This document shows, piece by piece, positions 23,201-35,682 of a stretch of DNA of 64,000 nt; the stretch's first letter is position 1; every line of letters starts with the position of its first letter. A program made the position numbers and the translations under genes. The notes under the pieces were generated by a model that was given only the letters and a program-made list of their open reading frames with translations, searched no databases and had not been told where the DNA came from. Origin of the DNA: Octopus bimaculoides (Eukaryota); contig NC_068983.1 of the NCBI RefSeq assembly GCF_001194135.2, forward strand, positions 108,306,358 to 108,370,357, in the 5' to 3' direction.

Positions 23201-26200
23201 TAGAATGAAATTGTAACTGTGCATTAGAAAAGTCACCTAAATAAAAATAAAAAAATCTAAATAGAAAAATGTGTCACTACAAGACTTACAGAAGATTGTG
23301 AAATGATAGTGTGTGCAATAACAGATCAATAGGTCTATTAAAAAAAAGTAAGCTTTGAAGTAACACAAATCCAAAGTAATCTAGGTGCTTGTATTAAAAG
23401 GTTTAATAGGAAGAAGTTTAGAGAATTAGAGAAATTGATTCTCTAATAAAATGGTAAATTGTATAACAAAAACAACAATGAGATTGATTTAATAGCAATG
23501 AAATATAAACTTAAGAGTTAGGCCATGAAAATATCCAGATACAAAAGAGGTGAGCAGTAATGTCTTGATGTTATTTATAAGGGCAAATTATTTTTATTTT
23601 ATTTCAAAAAAGGAATTGAGACTTCTTGGAGTGGAGAGGTTGGAAAAGTAGGGTAATTTTGTAAGATTAGTAAAGTCAATGTGTATATTGAGTAGCTATA
23701 GACTGCTGAAAGGGGTGGATATTGAGGGTATTATTGATGGATAAAGTTGTAAGCCAGGAAATTTAGTTAAAGTATTGGTAATAAAATCCAGATAGAAAAG
23801 AAAAAGACATTGTGTTGAATGAGTCAACAAGGGCGTGTTTGCATGATTGTGCAACTGGCTAGGAATATAGGCCAAATTCCCTTCAAATCAACTTAACTCT
23901 AAAGGTAGTAATGACTTGTTGGACAATGTATCTTTAAGTTTAGAAAAAAATAATGATGAGATGGTTATGGTTGGAATGTCGTTGATCATAAGACTGTTCA
24001 GAGCTAACTTGAGGGTTTGACAATAATAATATACTGAAAGACAGACAAGTTCTGACAGTGTGTAGAGATTATTTCTATCGATTTGTTCACTTATGAAGCT
24101 GAAGACATATTCTTGCTACTTGTATCATGTCCATAACTACAATATCATTGATATTTAATACTGCTTCTTTACACACTCATTTTATTTGTTAATTTTCTAC
24201 TTTTTCCTTAGTGAAAAATAACAGGTGCAGCTGCTATTAACACAGAATCTGTTTAATTGTGTGATATAGAAACGTTATTTATCATAATTGTTTCAAGAGG
24301 CATACTTAACATGATAGTATGTATTCACCTACAGACAAGATTGTAACTCAATAACAGAACTGATTGATGCCTGCCATTGTTTCCTCAAGTAATTTTCTAA
24401 CAAAGTTAAATTGTTGGTGGAAAGTTTCCTACAGGAAATGTTACTATTTCATTGCAAATGTTTCTACTGATATCATCCAATATCCTATCTTTAAGTTTCT
24501 TCACAATTCCAATGGCCAAAAGAATAAAAAAAGAGTTATAATCTGAGTAAGAGAAACATACAAAAGCAAATATAAGAAAAGTGTAAGTACCATATCTTCC
24601 TTTTTAAATTATATTTATCAATCTACATACTCCCTTTGGTTACAAATTGATGATTGAAGAATTTTAATTATGGTGTTAATATCTGAGGGAAGATTGTGTC
24701 TTGTCCATCTAAATGATCTGTGATTCTGATTATTTTAAGGATATTTTGATTTTGAAAAGGTAATTCAATCTCTTTTTAAAAATTTGCAATCATTACGATG
24801 CCAGCTTTGAAGAAAATTTCATAATGTAGTTGTTGTTGTGGTTAAGCCCTATGTTAGCCCTGATTGAGCAAACCTATTATTCCCACAGTCTATCCATGGA
24901 CATCCTGTCTTTTCTTTGGGATTATGTAATCCTACATGTCCTTTTAAAAAATAGCAAGGGGTGATTAGGGAAAACTATTCCTATCAGCTTGAATAATCAC
25001 ATAGAAGTTCCTTCACTATTTTGTTGATGTGTTCATTAGTCTTAGTCTGTGTAGCACACTATGTTTTAGCTTTAAATTCCTCACGAGGGATAAAATATTT
25101 TCTGAAGATGAATAATGTTTATATGTTATCATTGCTTGTGATATTTATGCCCTGAGTCCAAATACCAGGGTCAACAACTTTACTTTCACTTATACAGAGC
25201 AGATTAAAAAGCGTCAGTTGAATATTAAAATTAGTTTATTTGGTAATATCTGCTTCTAAAAGTAGGCATATTTTCCCCACCATAAATCCTTGTTAAAATG
25301 TTATTACATAAAAAGCCAAAGTACCCAATGAACTGAAAATTAATCTTAATTGTAAATGTACAGATATGATGAGTGTTACTAAAGTTAGGATTATACATAA
25401 TGTAGCTGGAAAGAGAAATAGTAGATATGTTGTCAACTGTGCATGACAATGGATGGACACAACTGAGAAGAGATTATTGATGTAGTATCAGGAATGAGAG
25501 CTCATTAATAAATTTGTTTGAGAGTGAAAAGTATTTTACTTAAGTTGTCATCAATGAACCTTGGCAAAAACAACTACAGAGTCTGGAAGGGTTTTACATC
25601 AAACTTGACATAAAAACTCTGTTAATATATATACTGTTTTTTTTAAGAAGAAAAAGCTACAGTTATATGACAAAAGTAAAAGTATAATTAATTAATCAGG
25701 TATTTTAGAGCTGTTACTGATGCTTGTACGTGGAAGAATATTTGAACTGTACCAGAAAGTTTTCATCTTCATAATTTTGGACACATTTGAGATTATATAA
25801 ATTTGTTGTAAAGGAAATGGGACAGAGAAGTAACCCATTAAAATATGGCATATTCAAACAGTTTCTATACTTTAAAGGAAATACCTTTGAGCAGACATAT
25901 GAGATTTGATAAAAAGGAAATATAGTTTAGAGTTTCAGTATCTGAAAGTTGTAACTACAATATCACTGCAATCAATAGCTATGCTTGTACAGAGTGTGTA
26001 GAATATTCATTTTACTAGTTATAGTTTTATAATGAGCAAATTATAAAGTATAAGCATTGAAAGAAAACTATTGTGCATTAAATGTTATGGCTGCAGAGGA
26101 AATAATTCTGAACAAGCAGTTAAGCTGAAGAACTACATCTGTGGATTGAGCTGACAAGAACAAGAGAATAGATTCATCCCAGTGAGAAGCTACAGAAGAA

Positions 26201-26499
26201 AGTGATATATGTGTATGGAGGTGAAAATATCTTTCATATTTTTGAAAACCCCATATCTGAGAATTATGACTGGATAGAAAGATATTATTAACTAGGTCCA
26301 ATAAGATTTTCTTTCATTATTCAAAGACTTTTGTTCTTTTTATTGAAATAACAGCTGCACAGTATTTGGTAATTCATATAGTAGATGTTACATTACAAAT
26401 TTATTATTCTTGTGTCAACTGTATTTGAAAAGTTAGATAGTCAATCAGTTTTGAAACTAAAGGAGAAGAAGAGTTAACAAAGATATTGAGGAAGGTTTT

Positions 26500-27400
26500 A
26501 GTCCCTTGATCAGTAATACTAGATTGGAATTGCTGAGAAAGTCCCTCAGTTTAAGCAATTCTCCCAAAATTAACGTTAATGAATGTCTACAACTTCAGGC
26601 AATAAGGCAATGGTGTTTAGTGAAGTTAAATTTGGAATATTATATGCTTATAGGAATTGGGAGGTTAGTCTTTGTTGTGAAAACACAGTTAGAACAAATA
26701 CTTTGTAGGTGTGATTGATTCTACATGAGAACAAATTAAACATTTTTCCGCAGAAGAATATACGATATATATAAATGAGAGATGTAGTAAAATAGACAAT
26801 CTGAGGATTAGAATTAATTAAATTCCATTTTCAAATGAGCTGAAAATGTCAATATATATATACATTTAGGATAACGAACAACGAAAATTAAATGAGTAAA
26901 TGCATCAGTTCATAAAGTTTAGCAATTAAAATTAATGGGGACCAATAATTAACTATATTTATCAAAAATGTGCATGAGGAAATATTAAGGATTGCAACAG
27001 TTGGAGAGATAATTTGAGTATTCAAAGGAAAGGATAATTTGAGCATTCTTTGAAAGAAGAGATATTAATCCTAAAATTGTTGGATAAATTAAATAAAATG
27101 ATCAGTTGATAAAAAATATGTAGGTTAGACTAACTTCAATCACACTGTGCACAAATTACGATTTCAACAACTCTGATAAAAATTCTCATTGAAAATAATT
27201 AAAAGGAGAGATTTATAATGCATGACATTCACATGATTTATAAATTAAAATTGTTTCGAAATATATAGATAAGGAAGTGAGTAGACCTGAATAATGATAG
27301 GTGGAAAAAGTTTCAAATATCTAAGATTATAATTAAAATAAAAGAAGTTACCAAATATATGTGACTGGGATAGCCAAGTTGGACTCTACTACTAATAATG
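26500..27400 (+). mobile_element. Heavily decayed CR1/L2-type RT 3' half
   Basis: LQLQAIRQWCLVKLNLEYYMLIG resembles the post-YADD 'LQ.DL..L..W....L.LN..KC..M.IG' motif; weaker downstream resemblance. Confidence 0.35.
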
Positions 27401-27914
27401 CATGTAAACTGGAATAAGAGTGTTATCAAGTATCACAAAACTCACTGAATGTAGAAGGCTGTTTTCATTTACATATACGTATATTAAACAACTCACTTTT
27501 ACACACACACACAGCTATACCTACCTTATAATATAGAATTGAATTTTTTATAACTCAGTACTTGTTTTAAATAATGATAGGTCCCCTGGTACATATCATG
27601 GCTGAGACCCTCTCTAATTAGCACTAGGCAAAATAATTTAAGCCATATCAGGAGAGAAAAGCAGATTTAGAATTAAACAAAATGAAATTTTGACCAGAAA
27701 CTCAAGCTTATTTTTTGTTTAGTATGTCTTTTACAGTTATTCAGGTAGTATCAAGCAATTTAGTTTGTTTTCAGTGCTGAGCCAATAGATAAAGATTTCT
27801 AATGAAGTGAAACAAAGGAAGGTTTGGAACATTTAATATCAACAGGTGTGTAATTTTTAGTTAAAAGCGATAATATTATTATTATTATTATTAATAATAA
27901 TAATAATAATAATA

Positions 27915-28116
27915 AATTTTCTACTATAGGCACAAGATCTGAAATTTTTTGGGAGAGGGCTAGTCAATTAAATCAACCCTAGTACTTATTTTATTGACCC
28001 TGAAAGGATGAAAGCGAAGTTGACCTCAGTGGTATTTGAACTCAAAGCGTAAAACTAGAAGAAATGTTATTAAACATTCTGTCCAGCATGGTAACAATTC
28101 TGTCAACTTGATGCCA
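27915..28116 (-). mobile_element. SINE family B (Nin/Deu-core-like)
   Basis: Reverse of ctttcatcctttcagggtcaataaaataagtac core plus gagttcaaat B-box head. Confidence 0.8.
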
Positions 28117-28247
28117 TAATAATAATGCAAAAAAAAGGTATCCAGTGGGGTGATGCATACCCTACGTGCACACAAGGCTAAAATAAAATTTAAATCAATA
28201 AATATATTCTCAAACGAATTCATATTTCAATGAAATGACATCAAGTG

Positions 28248-28488
28248 TTATTTCCCCTGCTTATTATTTATGCATATGTAACAAAGAAAAAAATTTGATT
28301 CACCTGTCCACCAGTTTTGAAGATAATCAAACCAAAATTTAATGAGTTTGAGGCACTCACCCAATGAACATTTCTGCCAAAATATGGGGAAATTCCATTC
28401 AGCCACTTTCCAGTAATTTTGCAAACACACAGACAAAGAAAGACAAGCGACTGCAATACTCTGGTTTCACTTATGCATGCAGGATAAT
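28248..28488 (+). mobile_element. Short Helentron-associated (HINE/DINE-1-like) element, degenerate
   Basis: Subterminal inverted match ttatttcccctgc / gcaggataat; ccaaa..tggggaaattccattcagcc..acacacagac block typical of such elements. Confidence 0.4.
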
Positions 28489-28519
28489 TATAAAATGTCT
28501 CATCTAAGAGTGTTAGGTA

Positions 28520-29130
28520 TATAATTGGAGTATGTTCCAAACTTTCCCTAAAGCATACAAGAATCACCATGACAAAGTGATATTGTGAATACACTGAGAG
28601 CTGTGTGGAAAGTATGGGCTAAAATGTTTGAACAAGTGGTATGAGCACCAGCCTTTGCCAGTAGCAGAGAATGATCAGGTGAAACTCACATGGGATATGC
28701 TAATATACACAGATAAGAAGCTGCAACGTAACTGACCAGATATCACTCACTAACAGAAAGAGTCCAAAGAATGGACTTTCATAGATGTAGCTATACCTGC
28801 AGACCAGAATGTTGTGAAGACAGAGGACAAACAAGTTGGGAAGTACCAAGACCCAGCATTGGATGTGAAACATATCCATCAAGCCTCAAAAGTGAGTGTG
28901 GTACCTACTTTGATTGGTGCACTTGGACCATCTCAAAGAAAGCAATATTCTGGATTCAAAAGCTGCAAATGCCAATCTTCATAGGAAGTACTCATTTGGC
29001 AGTGGTACCTGGAACAGCATATGTGCTAAGGAAAGTGTTGCATCTCTAAGCTGTAGGATAGAACTGAGATGTAACATAGATAACTAAAAGAAGAAAGGAA
29101 AATAATAATAACAACAATAACAATAATAAT
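28520..29130 (+). mobile_element. R4/Dong-like non-LTR retrotransposon 3' end (RLE domain)
   Basis: ..HDKV..IH*ELCGKYG..KWYEHQP..VAEND.VKLTWD..IYTDKKL.RN*PDI..IDVAIPADQNV...KYQD..VVP..IG ... VLRKVLHL* (stop 29049), then an (AAT/AAC)n tail. Confidence 0.8.
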
Positions 29131-29330
29131 TCTTTCTAATTGAGGTGCAAAGCCAGCATTTTTGTGCAGATTACATTAATCCCAGTACTGGACTGATACT
29201 TTATTTTATTGAACCTGAATGAATGAACAGCAGTGTTGATAGGATTTGAGCTCAAAATGTAAAGATCTGAAAGAATTATCACTAACCATTTCATCTGACA
29301 TGCTAATAATTCTGCCAGCTTGCTACCTTA
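29131..29330 (-). mobile_element. SINE family B, degraded
   Basis: Reverse of family B head and core. Confidence 0.7.
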
Positions 29331-30306
29331 ATAATAATAATGATAATAATGATTAAAAAACTGTGTTAAACAAGAATAACTTTCACAAAATAAACCTATA
29401 TTTCAAAGTAGAAATGATGTTTGAGAAAATAAAAAAATCAATTCTAGATAATTCAATTACTTATGGCAAACCAAAATAATTAAACAAGGTGAGTGTTATG
29501 CATTACCCATTAAAAGATAATGAATGAGAAACAAAAACAACAAAAAAGTGTGTACATCAAAAATCAAATCTGAATTCTAGTTCAACTACAAGAAATAAAT
29601 TTTTAATGAAGTATTGTGAATCTAGTTTGTTCCACTTTTATCAGTCATTATCTGAAGCAGTTTGGCATATTATAACATCGACATTGTAAGGTTCAGAGTA
29701 AAAAAAGATAACTTTAATACCATCAATTTTTACAGAATTATTATGGTTTTAAACCTTTAGTAGCATGGCTGGATTGCTGGCAAGTTTCTGAAATAATGCC
29801 ATAATAATATATTTTCCATTTTGATCCCAACTGAACTTTACCACACCAAGGTACCTTTCCATATCTTTTAATGTCAAAAGCTATATAATATCATATCTTA
29901 TTATAACTTATGCTAAGTGTAATCAAATCATACTATAACTTAAAATATAATGTAATATTTTCATAAGCTCCAACTTAATACAATACATGTATGTGCTATT
30001 ATGTGTCCATTAAACACTATCTTATTTATAGAACAAATCATGCTATATACTGTACATGAGTATCTGAGGGTACTTTATCAGAGGGTACTAAGTTTTATTT
30101 GAAAGTTGCAGTATAATGTTCCTATTACTACACCACTCTCATTGGCCAAGCTATACATATATCCTTCATAGTTTGCTTCATAAATATATTACACTCGACG
30201 ATATACTCTATTACTGGCAACTATTTTACCATCATTACTACTCCACTAGACTATGTAAATAACATGGTGATATCTTGTCAAAGACTCTTCTTTGATATAC
30301 TTTACT

Positions 30307-30784
30307 GGATCTATTTTAAAATGGGGGCATCAGTAGAGACTGCTGGGCGGTCATAAAAATGTTATTCCCTGTGACATATTTCATCCGGTTTAATCGTAAT
30401 TTATACGCATATATTGTTTATATAATAAATTACGCTGTGCGTATCTGTGTGTGTAACAATTTTAGAGTTCGGATTCTAGAGTTAGGGTTAGTTTTAGGGT
30501 TTGGGTTAGGCTTACGGTTACGGTTAACAGTCTAGTTAGGGTTAGGGGATTAATACGATATACACCGTTACAGCGCTAACTGTTTTCAACTGAATAGACG
30601 TCAGTGATTAGTAGAAATTATCGAAATAAGACAATTTTTTACATGAAATAAATTCGAATACAAAAATTTTTTTCTGTTCTATAACACAAAATAGATAAGT
30701 ATATGAAGTTTGAAAGTCTTTCGGTACCAAAAACACTACATAAAACATAAATGAAAACTGGTGCCCCCGTTTTAAAATAGATCC
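30307..30784. mobile_element. MITE with 28-bp TIRs, 3-bp ACT TSD and internal TTAGGG-like repeats
   Basis: ggatctattttaaaatgggggcatcagt ... actggtgcccccgttttaaaatagatcc; ACT on both sides. Confidence 0.9.
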
Positions 30785-30886
30785 ACTTTTCTTACTATAA
30801 CTAGATGTTGTATCATAGCTTGCTACAGAATATCAAATAGAAGAGAAATGACTGAGTGAATTAGGTATTATATTAATAATTCATAT

Positions 30887-31105
30887 AAGGTGGTGAGCTG
30901 GCAGATTTGTTAGTACACTAGGTAAAATGTTTAGTGACATATTATTTGTCTTTATGTTCTGAGTTCAAATTCCACCGAGGTTGACTTTGTCTTTCATCAT
31001 TTTGGGGTCAATAAGATAAGTATTGGTTGAGCACTGGAGTCGATGTAATTGACTTACCCACTCCTTCAAACTTGCTGGCCATATGCTTAAATTTGAAACT
31101 AATAT
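30887..31105 (+). mobile_element. SINE family B
   Basis: aaggtggtgagctggcaga...gagttcaaattccaccgaggttgactttgtctttcatcattttggggtcaataaga. Confidence 0.85.
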
Positions 31106-31191
31106 TACTAACTTATATGGCACAAATTAAAATTTGCTGCAGGCATTATGTTATGTTTGCAAGCAGTTCATTTTCATTTACATTGTTTTAG

Positions 31192-31229
31192 ATCAGTTAA
31201 CTGAAAAGGAGAAGTCCCAGATGATTTCG
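31192..31229 (+). CDS. Candidate small internal exon (phase 1 to 0) DQLTEKEKSQMIS
   Basis: ttttcatttacattgttttag| acceptor and TCG|GTATGT donor, 38 nt, open frame. Confidence 0.35.
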
Positions 31230-32077
31230 GTATGTCACTTCAAATAAGTTATACAGCATCTCACCTTGGGACGATTTATCTCTCATTTGTTTATTATATA
31301 ACAGTGTGATATTGTCATTTAAAAGTCCACTAGGGTTTAGAAAATTTTACATTTCTTTTTACATGGAGTTTACATAGTTTCCTATTTACTTTGCACAAAA
31401 TATTTAAAAGAAGAGGATAAATTGGGACTGTAATGTTCAAGCATTTTACAAATGGTGAAAGACTTGTAAAATTCTTTCAGTTGCATCTGAGGTAAATCTA
31501 TTCAACTAGGAATTATACCCCAGTTAAAAATTATTAACTTGGAACTTAACACAACTTAAAAGTTTTTGCCTCATGACTTTTAGTGCACTAGAAATATTAA
31601 TGTACCTCTTGAACTACATCGAAATAATCAAAAGTTGTAAGTCACTAATATTCCTATGTTTATTCCCCTTAAATATTATTTTCTTTTCTTTTTTCTTTTT
31701 AATATTACTTAAAATGACTGGGAAATACATTTCATCTTATAATAGCATCCTAAGATTCTATTAACAAAATAAACATGATATTAAAATTAAAAGAAAAAAA
31801 AAATTTGTTTTTGTTCCTATAGTTGTATTTATAACAGAGATTTTAATACCCTATTTTATATTTTCTTCTGTAGAGACTGTTTTAACATTTGATATAATAC
31901 TTACTGGTACATATTAAGAAGTAAACATAACTTAGAAGTTCTCATGAAAGAGACTGCAAATCAAATTAGTTCCTATATTTCTATGTTCAAACAAGCTGAT
32001 TATCTTTTATATCAGACTGGTTAATTTCTTTTTTACTCAAGGACATGTGAAAATACAAATATATATATATATATATT

Positions 32078-32189
32078 GCCAAATCAGACTGGAGCCTGGT
32101 GTTGCCATCCGGTTTCACCAGTCCTCAGTCAAATCGTCCAACCCATGCTAGCATGGAAAGCGGACGTTAAATGATGATGATGATGATGA
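32078..32189 (+). mobile_element. Short RTE LINE 3' tail inserted in (TA)n
   Basis: cagactggagcctggtg...gcatggaaagcggacgttaaatgatgatgat, flanked by (AT)n on both sides. Confidence 0.85.
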
Positions 32190-32409
32190 TATATATATAT
32201 ATATATATATAAATGACACACAAGGACAGAAAGTGTCACTGAAGAGGTTATAGATATGTGACAAAAGATTTCTGGACAATGGACATGAGTTAAAATACAA
32301 ACAGTAATAAACGAGTGAAGAATGAATATATAGTGCATGTGTTTATTTGGCAAAAAAAAACAAAAAAACAACAAAAAAACAAAGAAAAATGACCATACCA
32401 AAATACAAC

Positions 32410-32440
<31 letters not shown>

Positions 32441-33632
32441 AAAAAGATATGATTACTTTATGTCTTAAAAAGACTAGTTTTCTTATTTAGAACATTTATA
32501 ATTTTATCATGAATGATGAATGTTTGCTAATAATTAGCTTGTATTTCAATTTATCTTGCAAACGTTTTACAATCCTTATTGCTTTAAAGACAGATTTGTG
32601 GAAGCAAAATTCTGCAGTTTACTTGAAGCATTGTTATTGAAGTACAAGCAAAGAGTTTGGAAGGAAGCCACCATGATACTGAGGGAAAAATAAAAGTAAA
32701 AGTGTTCAATATATTAGAATTTCCATTGCATGGTTTGGGATTATTAAGGTCAAAATACCGAATAGATATTTTTCTTTTCGGTTGGCATTGTCATGGCTTC
32801 TTCCATTCTTCTTTACAAAGTTGGAAACTTTCTCAAAATCTGTGTGCCTAAATTAATTCCTAGTTTCTTCCTAAATTGTGCAGACTTAGACAATAAATTC
32901 TGTCAGGGATTTATCATGAAATATAGAAGAAAACAAAAGAAATCACCTGAGTCTTTGAGTTATTGTTGAATTTCACATACTTCTATCTTCTGTGAAACAA
33001 ACTCAATTATCAACCGACACCACTTAAATAATTTCTGCACAAATAATTGTATCTCAACATGACCAGATCCCAATGATTAGAGCTAGTAAAAGAATAATTA
33101 CTTTTACTATATTAAACACTAAGGAAACAGTAACAATTTCAATAGTTCATGAAATGGGGTAGGGGCTTCAAAAATAAAGAACTAAGCTTGTTTACTTCAT
33201 CACTTAAATTGGAAATCTCTTCATAACTAATCAATTTTCACATATGTATATCTGCTCTTTTGAAGTATACTTTCATAACTTTCTCTTAAGTCCTGTCTCT
33301 TAGTGTGCAATGGCCCTTTTTTATCTTTAAAAGCCTATGTTCTTATATTGTCAGTATGCATACTTCTAAAGAGAAGCTTCCAATATCAAAAATTCTCCTG
33401 ATTAAAAAAAAATTGTATCTTTCTTGATTATCTTTCATGAACACCACATATTCTCACTATTACTGAAGCTATTCTTAAAAGAGAAATCCAGAACCAAGGG
33501 AATTGGTGGTGGTCTGTGTCAACAAAATTTGCAGTGAACTGATTTGCTGAGCAGAGTGAAAAATCTTATATCTAAGAACACCCTTGTTACAGATGCTTGT
33601 CTTTCATTGGTGACAAAAAATAACAGCTACAA

Positions 33633-33850
33633 CAATGATATTGATTTCAAATATTGGCACAAAGCCAGCAATTTGGGGGATTGGTGTAAGTCGATTGCAT
33701 TGCCCCGCCAATCCTCAGCTGGTACTTATTTTATCAACTCTGAAAGGATGAAATGCAAAAGTGACTTCAGCAGAATTTGAACTCAGAAAGTAATGACAAA
33801 TGAAATGCTGCTAAGCATTTCGCTTGGCTAATGATTCAGCCTGCTCATTG
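33633..33850 (-). mobile_element. SINE family B
   Basis: Reverse of family B head and core. Confidence 0.8.
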
Positions 33851-34008
33851 ACTTACAACTACAGCTATAATATTGGCTTCTATATTATTTCACAGTCTAA
33901 AACATTGAGCTCTCTTACTTCTCTTGTCAAATCAACGTCTTTTAACAAAGTTTTCATCCTCAAAATTGTTAAGGAATTTTCAGAAATATCTATTTATGAA
34001 GACAAAAG

Positions 34009-34428
34009 CCTTTTGTTACCATATCTATGTTGAAATGTACCAATTTTGTTTCAATTAATTTTAAAAATAATGAAAAACTTACACAAATAACTGTCATAAA
34101 TTGGTGTCTAGAACATAAATTAACCTAAAATTTTGATTACGTTAACCCTTTAGCATTTAAACTAACCATAGCCAGCCCAAATATTCTATCTGTTTTATAC
34201 TCAAACTGGCCAGTTCTGGCCTCTCACACCTACCCTACAATTACAATCTTAAACTGAACAATTACATCACCAAAATCTTAAAGTTACAAGATAGTGCATG
34301 GTTAATTCAAAACAATGTGAATAAATAAGAATTGAATTTTGTAGCATAATTTAAATGCCAAAGGGTTAAAACCAGAGGTTTGTATAATGGAACTAAGGGC
34401 AGTTTCAGGCAGGTTGGTATCAAAAGGG
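34009..34428. mobile_element. piggyBac-like MITE (outer), interrupted by a second MITE
   Basis: Termini ccttttgttacc ... ggtatcaaaaggg|tta. Confidence 0.7.
34146..34365. mobile_element. piggyBac-like MITE (inner) with TTAA TSD
   Basis: TTAA|ccctttagcatttaaa ... tttaaatgccaaaggg|TTAA. Confidence 0.9.
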
Positions 34429-35019
34429 TTAGTTGTAATGTACCATAGGTGTCTCTATTTTCGATAATTTTCTAATTTCAAAGTGTTGTGCTCACTGGTG
34501 AATGACAAATGTGTATGTATGCTGTAGTTTGCCTGACAGTCATGATTTAGTCCAACTTCACAGTTGAATGGTTATCAATTAAAAGTGCATCAAGCTTTAG
34601 AAATATATGAAAACACATAAAAAGGAGAAAAATTATCTACATTATAAGAGATTTTTTATGTTAAAACAATCTTAATGGAAGCAGAATATTTATACATTTT
34701 ACTTGACACAGTTAATTTTATCTTTTACATAATACAAGTACAATTTATCCATTTGAGTTACATTTATATGTAATAAATTTTATTACTTCACATGTACATT
34801 GGAAAAAAAATATTTAACATGTATGAGCTTATAACAGATGTAGTTGCATAAATATAAAGTATGCTCTAGAATCTTCTCACATATGCCACCAAAGCCAGTA
34901 AGTTGAATAATTGTTTTCCGATATGTATGAAATGTTGCCAAACTGAAACTGAAGTTTGTAATAAACCTCCTTATTGAAAATGATGAAATTTTCTAACATA
35001 AGAAAAGAAAAATTCTCTC

Positions 35020-35030
35020 TCACTCACTCA

Positions 35031-35102
<72 letters not shown>

Positions 35103-35135
35103 TACACACACACACACGTACATACATATATATTT
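35020..35135. repeat. (CA)n microsatellite
   Basis: Direct. Confidence 0.95.
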
Positions 35136-35470
35136 ATGCTACCAGAATTGATATAGTAACTTCAATTAATTGTGTAATTATTACGTAGTTTACAATGTTT
35201 TCATGTGGGTCACAGAAACAGCTGTAAAATAGATCAAATGAAATTTTTGGAATATCATTGAGAGTGTTTGTTTTCTATTCTTCCAAATATTCTTCACTGA
35301 AAATTTGTTTTAGCTAATTTCAAATTTTATACAAATCATACTTGCTACCACTATTGAATTAAAGTAAATATGTATTGGAATTTAACGTCCTGTTAAATAT
35401 TTGGGTTCCTGAATTCTGTGGATATATTTTCCAGTGCATAAGAACTTATTCTATGTATGTATGTATGTAT

Positions 35471-35631
35471 GGTCGGGTTGTCGGCGACCCCACCAAGCTT
35501 ACTTGGTGAGGAGGGTGAGGTTGGACACCTTGCAGGATGAAAAATAAAACCCATCAAAGGAACTCATGAGCAGTCAATGGCCATCCAATAAAAATATGTG
35601 TAAATATGTATATATCCCTTTTTGTTTTTTT

Positions 35632-35682
<51 letters not shown>

